DNA of 64,000 nucleotides from a candidate division FCPU426 bacterium (GTDB lineage Bacteria; Oederibacteriota; JAAXVQ01; JAUVAV01): NCBI GenBank assembly GCA_040756875.1, contig JBFLYH010000001.1, positions 512,001 to 576,000 of the forward strand, read 5' to 3'. Shown piece by piece: positions 58,476 to 64,000 of this stretch (position 1 is its first letter; each line of letters starts with the position of its first letter). The notes under the pieces were generated by a model. It saw only the letters and a program-made list of their open reading frames with translations, ran no database searches and was not told where the DNA came from. The position numbers and the translations under genes were made by a program.

Positions 58476-60431
58476 ATGGCATTTTTCAAGCACGATCCTC
58501 CTCGTAGGCTGGCCCGGTTCAGCTCCCCGTCCGGCCAGGCGGTGGTGGAATCCGCCCTGGCTATCCCGCTTCTCATCGCTCTGTTCGCCGCCTGCCTGCA
58601 AATGCTCCACCTGGGCCTGGCTAAAGTCGTGGTTTACATCGCTGCCTATGAGTCCGCGCGCCAAGGCACTATCAACAACATGAACCTCAATGAAGCCCGG
58701 CGCACGGCCGAAGAAGTGTGCGGGGTGCTGGGCAAAGGCCGGACCGAAGTCACCTACGACGGCCAGGTTCAGCGATACACCATCACCCATTATTTGCGGC
58801 CCATTGTGCCCGTTATTCGTGAAATCAAGGTAAGCGAGACATTCCCTGCTTATGTGTTCCTGCCGGGGAATGAACTGCCTCCTGCCAATACTTCCAACCG
58901 GAATCAAAGCGGCGGGGGAAGAGGCGGCGGCTCGCCTAGCCGGGAATACGCCAGCCGCGGCGGCAGCCACCTCGATGTAGCGGACTACGATCCCGCGGTG
59001 GATGGCCGGACGGGCAATGATTCCACAAACACCAATGCCTCCCAATCAACCGCTGGATTGGGCAGCCCGAGCGAATATGCGCGGTATGCCTCCCTGGCCA
59101 ATCCATATTCCGCCTATGGCAGCACCGCACCTCTGCGTGCGCCGCCTGGGAGCAATGCTCCGTATAATACTACCGGGGATACCCATATCCCCACTGATGA
59201 AGAAATAATACTCGGCATTTCACATGACAGCGGGAATGACGCGCTTGCCTGGGATGATGAGGAATATAATGCGTCGGCTTCTGCACAGGCCTCCGCAGAT
59301 GCAGGAGCCTCCTCAGCCCCCACAAACAAAGGGCGCGCTTCCACTTTCTCCCCGCACGAAGGGGATTCCTCCGGGCTTTCTCGTAATGAAAAGGAGCCTT
59401 CCTCTGTCTCCCCTCCCTTGACAGGAGGGACCGAGGGGGAGGGTGATGTTTCCGGCACCGCAACTTCCTCCCAAGATAAAAGCCTTCTGACAGCCAGTGC
59501 CGAAGCTGCGGCCAAAGCCGCGGGCAAACGGGCCGGCGAAACCCTGGCCTTCTACCAAGGGGTGGCCGAAGGCTACACAGGCGATTCCAATGCAGACAAT
59601 GCATTTTGGGCCGGTCAGCGCTGGGCCAACCAAAAGACCGAAGAATCCCGCAACCGCCTGGATCAGCGTCTAGGAGAATTGGATGCCCAGGACCAGGAGC
59701 TGGATAAAGCCGCTGGGCTGAAAAAGCTGGCAGGCAAGGCTTCGGTCAAATCGAAAAAAATCGGCGCTGTGGCTCGCAACATCATCGAAGAAGGCATCTA
59801 CGACATCCCCAAAGTTGGCCAGGACCTGCCCGATGCCTGGAAGAACACCAAGGCCGCCGGGCGAGCGATTCTGGATGGGGAGTGGAAAGAGGCGGCCAAA
59901 TCCGGCGGCAAAGCCGTGGGCTTGGTTGCGCAAGAAGCAGGCCGCTTGAGTGCAGGACCAGGCAAGCTGGCTAAAGCGCTTGGCAAAGGGGCCAAAGCCG
60001 GAGTAGCGGGCCTCAAGGCCGCGGATAAAGCCGCTGATGCGGCCAAGGCGGCGAAAAAAGCAGGAAAAGCGGCAGATGCAGCGAAGGTGGGGAAAAAGTA
60101 TTATAGGTATGTAAATGATAATGAAGCAAAAAAGATAAAAGAAACGGGTAAAATACCTAATACAAATACTAAGAATGAAATAAAAGAGGTCTATATAACA
60201 GATAAAAAGTATAAAACGTCTGGTAAAGCTAAAACACATTTGCAATTGCCGCAAAAACCCTTATATAGGGTTGAAATTGATTCGAAAAAGATAAAGAATA
60301 AGCCTGATTTGAGGAAAATAAAAAACAGCGACAACCCGCAATGGGGTAAGGGTGGCGGGACTGAGGCTACTACTAAAGAGTCAATAGAAGTTGACACATC
60401 GAAAATCAAAAAACTTAAAGGCGCAGAATAA
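58476..60431 (+). CDS. TadE-like pseudopilin fused to a low-complexity linker and a putative C-terminal toxin domain
   Basis: Class III signal SG|QAVVESALAIPLLIALF (Glu at +5) and AAYESARQG TadE motif; Ser/Gly/Ala linker; GKLAKALGKGAK pre-toxin-like tract; about 112-aa basic, AT-rich tip. Confidence 0.75.
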   Translation: MAFFKHDPPRRLARFSSPSGQAVVESALAIPLLIALFAACLQMLHLGLAKVVVYIAAYESARQGTINNMNLNEARRTAEEVCGVLGKGRTEVTYDGQVQRYTITHYLRPIVPVIREIKVSETFPAYVFLPGNELPPANTSNRNQSGGGRGGGSPSREYASRGGSHLDVADYDPAVDGRTGNDSTNTNASQSTAGLGSPSEYARYASLANPYSAYGSTAPLRAPPGSNAPYNTTGDTHIPTDEEIILGISHDSGNDALAWDDEEYNASASAQASADAGASSAPTNKGRASTFSPHEGDSSGLSRNEKEPSSVSPPLTGGTEGEGDVSGTATSSQDKSLLTASAEAAAKAAGKRAGETLAFYQGVAEGYTGDSNADNAFWAGQRWANQKTEESRNRLDQRLGELDAQDQELDKAAGLKKLAGKASVKSKKIGAVARNIIEEGIYDIPKVGQDLPDAWKNTKAAGRAILDGEWKEAAKSGGKAVGLVAQEAGRLSAGPGKLAKALGKGAKAGVAGLKAADKAADAAKAAKKAGKAADAAKVGKKYYRYVNDNEAKKIKETGKIPNTNTKNEIKEVYITDKKYKTSGKAKTHLQLPQKPLYRVEIDSKKIKNKPDLRKIKNSDNPQWGKGGGTEATTKESIEVDTSKIKKLKGAE

Positions 60432-60432
60432 T

Positions 60433-60894
60433 ATGAAGTTATATGACGAACTAGTCCTTCGAGTTAAAAGTAACAAAAAGTGTGATCTTGGAGACTTGAT
60501 AGTAATAATGAAAATAACAGCAGGAACAAAAAACCCATATTATATTGAATTTCCCAAAACAGATAAAAACGGATTTGCTATTTTGAAGAAAGAAGAACTT
60601 ATTGGCCAGTTTGAGGACCATTTAGAAATGGGTCTAATGGATTATAACGGTACTATTGAGAGTGCAAAAAATACCGTTGAGATATCATTGGTAGATACTG
60701 ATAAATTGATGAAAAATAAAAAAGAATTTTTAACGTGGCCCTTATTGACTCACGAAAAAAAAATCTGGAAAACAAGAAAAGAAGAACTTGAGTATAGACT
60801 TTCAAGTCGAAATCATATTTTTGTTGGGAATGCTATAAAAGTAAATTTGGCGCATTCGAATAAAATAATATTTAATATATATGCTGTACAGTGA
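60433..60894 (+). CDS. Hypothetical protein, putative immunity protein (153 aa)
   Basis: ATG60433 starts 1 nt after the upstream TAA; AT-rich like the upstream tip; no signal peptide. Confidence 0.65.
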   Translation: MKLYDELVLRVKSNKKCDLGDLIVIMKITAGTKNPYYIEFPKTDKNGFAILKKEELIGQFEDHLEMGLMDYNGTIESAKNTVEISLVDTDKLMKNKKEFLTWPLLTHEKKIWKTRKEELEYRLSSRNHIFVGNAIKVNLAHSNKIIFNIYAVQ

Positions 60895-60980
60895 TGGTAT
60901 TCACCTGACGCCTCCGCCTTTTGCATGGCTTTGGCTCCTTTGGGTTCTAGGGCCAATACTAACTTAAAATGCCCTGCTTG

Positions 60981-61361
60981 TTAACGGGGAACAGTATAGT
61001 TGGCTGCAGCGACCGAGCGCGTGGCGACCAAATCCACTCCCAACCCCAGGAAATTGGCGACAATGACTTGATTGATATCCACGGGACAGTTAAGACGCAG
61101 GCGTTTGACCGCTTCCATGGCTTCCGCCAGCTTCGCTCTGGGGATGGGAAGGCTGGTCCGGACCGGGACCATCTTTATTTCCAAGTTCTGAGCCAGGACC
61201 GTGGTGGCCAAGGTCCGCAGCGGATTTTCGATCTCCTGTTTGCCGTAATCCAGGCCTTTGGGGCATTTATTGCCCGTCAGTCTCACGCAGTATCCCCCCT
61301 CGACCTCGGCTTCGAGTTGGCAGCCTTGGGGACATTCGATGCAGGTCAGCCGGCGAATCAT
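60981..61361 (-). CDS. DUF1667 family CxxC protein
   Basis: TCIECPQGC, GNKCPKG..YG..E..NP.RTL, VPVRTS.PIP. Confidence 0.88.
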   Translation of the reverse strand: MIRRLTCIECPQGCQLEAEVEGGYCVRLTGNKCPKGLDYGKQEIENPLRTLATTVLAQNLEIKMVPVRTSLPIPRAKLAEAMEAVKRLRLNCPVDINQVIVANFLGLGVDLVATRSVAAANYTVPR

Positions 61362-63826
61362 TGGCTGCGCTCCAAATAAGCGGCCGCCTGCCGGCCGGCT
61401 TGAATGCTGTCGCGAGTGACACTGTCCGCGAGATCATAGATTTTAAAAGCGTTCCCGCACACGAACAGGCCGGGAATGGAAGTTTCGTTGGGAGCCTGGC
61501 CAATGGGAGTGTTGGTGTCTGGATTCAAGGCTGCTCCGGCCATTTCGATCAGTTCGTTCTCCGGGATCAGGCCCACGGAAATAAGTACTGTGTCGCAGGG
61601 GATTTCGAAACGGGTCCCGGGTTCTTCCCGCAATTGATCGTCCACCCGCGCAATTTCCACGCGTTCGACCCTCCGCGCGCCGCGGATTGCGGCCACTTTA
61701 TGCCGGAGATATAGAGGGATGCCGAAATCTTCCAGGCATTGGACCACGTTGCGCACCAAGCCCCGGGATTCCTTTTTGATTTCCACCACCGCCTTGACCG
61801 TGGCGCCTTCCAGAGCGAAGCGCCGGGCCATGATCAGGCCGATGTCGCCCGATCCCACGATGACTACCTCGCGGCCAGGCAGCCAGCCTTCAAGATTGAT
61901 CATTTTTTGCGCCAATCCGGCGGGGAACACGCCGGCCGGCCGGTCGCCGGGAATAGGAATCATTTCACGCGTGCGTTCCCGGCAGCCCGTGGCCATGATC
62001 AAGGCGCGGGCCTGTACGGTCGACATCCGTCCGGGCTGAAGGTAGGTCAGTTGTTTGTCCGGGGTAAGCCGGACCGCGAAAGTGGACAGACTTACCTGAA
62101 TATCCGGGCAGCGTCTGAGTTTTTCCAGCCAGCGTCCGGCGAATTCCGGACCCGTGAGATCGGCTTTAAATTGTTGGAGTCCGAATCCCGGGTGAATGCA
62201 CTGATTCAAGATTCCGCCCAGGAACTGGTCCCTCTCCAGCAGCAGGATGTCCCTCACGCCGTGCTCCCAAGCGGAAACTGCGGCTGCCATGCCCGCCGGC
62301 CCGCCGCCGACGATCACCAGGTCGCGGACAGGGAAGTGCGGTGACGGCTTTCGGCGGAACAATGGCCGGTGCCTGGCTGTCACCACAGCCTCAAGATCGC
62401 GGGCTCCGGCCAATACTTCGGAGCCAGGACCGCGCTTGCTCAGGGCCGTGACCGGAAGTCCGAGTTCCTCGGCCATGATCCGCAGGATACGGGTAGTGCA
62501 AAACCCGCCATGGCAGCGGCCGGCCTGGGCGCGGGTCCGGAATTTGATTCCGTCCAGCGTCCGCGCGCCGCGACGGACAGCCTCCCGGATTTCCTGGGCC
62601 GAGACCATCTCGCAGCGGCAAACGATGTCTCCGTAGGCCGGTCGGCGGTTAATGAGGCGGTTGGCGCGGTTCCAGGGCAGGGCGAAGAGGTGCACGGTGG
62701 GTTTGCGCGTTTTGTGGAAGAACCATTTGCGGCGGAGGGACAAGCCGCGGCCGCGCAAGATCTCCGCCACTTCCGCGGCAATGGCAGGCGCAGCCGTGAG
62801 CCCGGGCGATTGAATTCCCGCCACAGTGATCATGCCAGGGGCCGTGTCTTCGTGGCGGACAATGAAATCCGGGCCTGCAACCGGACGCAATCCCGCGAAA
62901 TAGGCGATGATGTCCCGGCCTTTGATGGAGGGAATCAGGCGGCGGGCCGATGCCAGCACGTTCTCCAGCCCGGCGTCGGTGGTGGAAAGGTCATCGCGGT
63001 TGGCACCGTCTTCAGCCGTGGGGCCGATCATGGGATTGCCGTCCGAGGTTTTGATGATAAGCGTGCCTTTGGAAACCGGCGTGGGCAGAGGAAACAGGAG
63101 GTGGCGGGAAATCCGTTCCCGCTTTTTATCCAGCAGGAATTCCTCGCCTTTGCGGGGGGTGATGACAAAGTCGTTGATTCCCGCCAGTCGCGCCACTTGG
63201 TCGCTGAACAATCCGGCGGCATTGACGACAAAACGGGAAGAGAAACGGCCACCCTGGCGGGTGGAAATCAGGAAACCGGATGCGTTGCGCTCGATGGCCG
63301 TTACTTCGGAGGAGGTGAAAAGCGCAACGCCGTTTTGGGCTGCGTTTTCCAGCAAGTCGTAGACCAGGCGGTAGGGGCTGACAATGCCCGCGGTTGGCGC
63401 GTACAAGGCGGCCACGGCGTCCGGATTGAGCAGGGGTTCTTGTTCACGCAGCCAGGCTTGATCCACGATCCGCAAACCGGGCACGCCCAGGTTTTCAGCC
63501 TCCTGCTTGAGCCGCGACAATTCGGCGCGGTCTTCCTCCCGGAAGATCACTACCAGTTCGCCCACTTCCTTGAAATCCACACCCAAGTCCCTGGCCAGGG
63601 AATGCAGACGGCGGTTGCCTTCGACGCACAGGCGGCCCTTGAGGGAGCCGGGCGGATTGTGGGTGCCCGGATGGATGATGCCGGAGTTGGATTTGGAAAC
63701 GCCAAAGGCCGGTTCGATTTCTTTTTCCAGAAGGGCGATCCGGAGACGGTATTGGGAGAGTTCGCGGGCAATGGCCGCCCCGATGACGCCTCCGCCTATG
63801 ATCAATACGTCGAAGCGGTCGGGCAT
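61358..63826 (-). CDS. Fused FAD-dependent glycerol-3-phosphate dehydrogenase-like / BFD-like [2Fe-2S] / NAD(P)-FAD oxidoreductase
   Basis: IIGGGVIG, SKSNSGIIH, IQSPGLTAAPA; VCRCE...GRCHGGFC; second Rossmann VGGGPAG, GGILNQCIH.GFG, ATGCRER, GSGDIGLIMARR; start set at ATG63826 just after the glpK stop. Confidence 0.9.
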   Translation of the reverse strand: MPDRFDVLIIGGGVIGAAIARELSQYRLRIALLEKEIEPAFGVSKSNSGIIHPGTHNPPGSLKGRLCVEGNRRLHSLARDLGVDFKEVGELVVIFREEDRAELSRLKQEAENLGVPGLRIVDQAWLREQEPLLNPDAVAALYAPTAGIVSPYRLVYDLLENAAQNGVALFTSSEVTAIERNASGFLISTRQGGRFSSRFVVNAAGLFSDQVARLAGINDFVITPRKGEEFLLDKKRERISRHLLFPLPTPVSKGTLIIKTSDGNPMIGPTAEDGANRDDLSTTDAGLENVLASARRLIPSIKGRDIIAYFAGLRPVAGPDFIVRHEDTAPGMITVAGIQSPGLTAAPAIAAEVAEILRGRGLSLRRKWFFHKTRKPTVHLFALPWNRANRLINRRPAYGDIVCRCEMVSAQEIREAVRRGARTLDGIKFRTRAQAGRCHGGFCTTRILRIMAEELGLPVTALSKRGPGSEVLAGARDLEAVVTARHRPLFRRKPSPHFPVRDLVIVGGGPAGMAAAVSAWEHGVRDILLLERDQFLGGILNQCIHPGFGLQQFKADLTGPEFAGRWLEKLRRCPDIQVSLSTFAVRLTPDKQLTYLQPGRMSTVQARALIMATGCRERTREMIPIPGDRPAGVFPAGLAQKMINLEGWLPGREVVIVGSGDIGLIMARRFALEGATVKAVVEIKKESRGLVRNVVQCLEDFGIPLYLRHKVAAIRGARRVERVEIARVDDQLREEPGTRFEIPCDTVLISVGLIPENELIEMAGAALNPDTNTPIGQAPNETSIPGLFVCGNAFKIYDLADSVTRDSIQAGRQAAAYLERSQ

Positions 63827-63827
63827 T

Positions 63828-64000
63828 TCAGGGGCGGGTGCGGGCCCGCTCGACCGCGTCCTTCCATCCGGCATAGAGACGCTGGACGAAAGCGGGTTTC
63901 AGACGCGGTTTGAATACGCGGTCAAGCATCCAATGTTTCTTGATCTCGTCGGCGTTTTTCCAAAACCCAACGGCCAAACCTGCAAGGTAAGCGGCGCCCA
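63828..64000 (-). CDS. glpK: Glycerol kinase, C-terminal fragment (runs off the window edge)
   Basis: Manual translation [23 protein letters not shown]...FKP...[13 protein letters not shown]; not in the ORF track. Confidence 0.88.
   Translation of the reverse strand, partial: GAAYLAGLAVGFWKNADEIKKHWMLDRVFKPRLKPAFVQRLYAGWKDAVERARTRP

Noticed and set aside
60391-60432. TTG-started extension of the putative immunity gene
   Set aside because: ATG60433 directly after the upstream stop is the more plausible coupled start
63827-63874. Upstream ATG63874 for the oxidoreductase
   Set aside because: Lies inside the glpK 3-prime end; ATG63826 gives a normal Rossmann N-terminus
62369-63913. 514-aa plus-strand ORF
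   Set aside because: Antisense shadow of the GC-rich minus-strand oxidoreductase; no motifs

Overview
A gene-dense bacterial window, almost entirely on the + strand, from a diderm organism with anaerobic-type metabolism. PorV-like barrels, Thr/Pro-linker proteins with FlgD-Ig/T9SS-like C-termini, and Bcd-EtfAB/KorAB suggest a little-studied lineage, but taxonomy cannot be fixed from this sequence. Layout: (1) 1-10 kb: a 30-aa bS22-like ribosomal protein missing from the ORF track, REP-like palindromes, and an envelope cluster (two PorV-like barrel/Ig/OmpA fusions, an M23 peptidase, a lipoprotein, a beta-propeller cargo protein). (2) 10-37 kb housekeeping: accA, amidase, GerMN, tRNA-Gly(CCC), speD-speE-decarboxylase-dksA-corA, gap-pgk-tpiA-secG, yceD-rpmF-plsX-fabH-fabD-fabG-acpP-fabF-rnc, acyl-CoA dehydrogenase-etfB-etfA, a glycoside-hydrolase-like protein, rpsO-pnp. 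(3) 37-53 kb signalling region: sigma54 activator, response regulator, an AT-rich GNAT + two B12-radical-SAM + 9-TM histidine kinase cassette, korAB, and a HD-GYP/hybrid kinase pair behind a sigma54-type promoter. (4) 53-61 kb: GT-C glycosyltransferase, delta-60/FG-GAP surface protein, and a TadE-pseudopilin-headed protein with an AT-rich C-terminal tip plus a tightly coupled small gene. (5) 61-64 kb: minus-strand glycerol utilisation genes. Best candidates for undescribed systems: a Tad/Flp-pilus-linked polymorphic toxin-immunity pair (58476-60894), a putative radical-SAM-tailored autoinducer synthase/receptor circuit (37965-46757), and a PorV-OmpA-fusion T9SS-like surface-display system. All family assignments come from motif recognition by eye, and GC contrasts are visual estimates; no searches were run.
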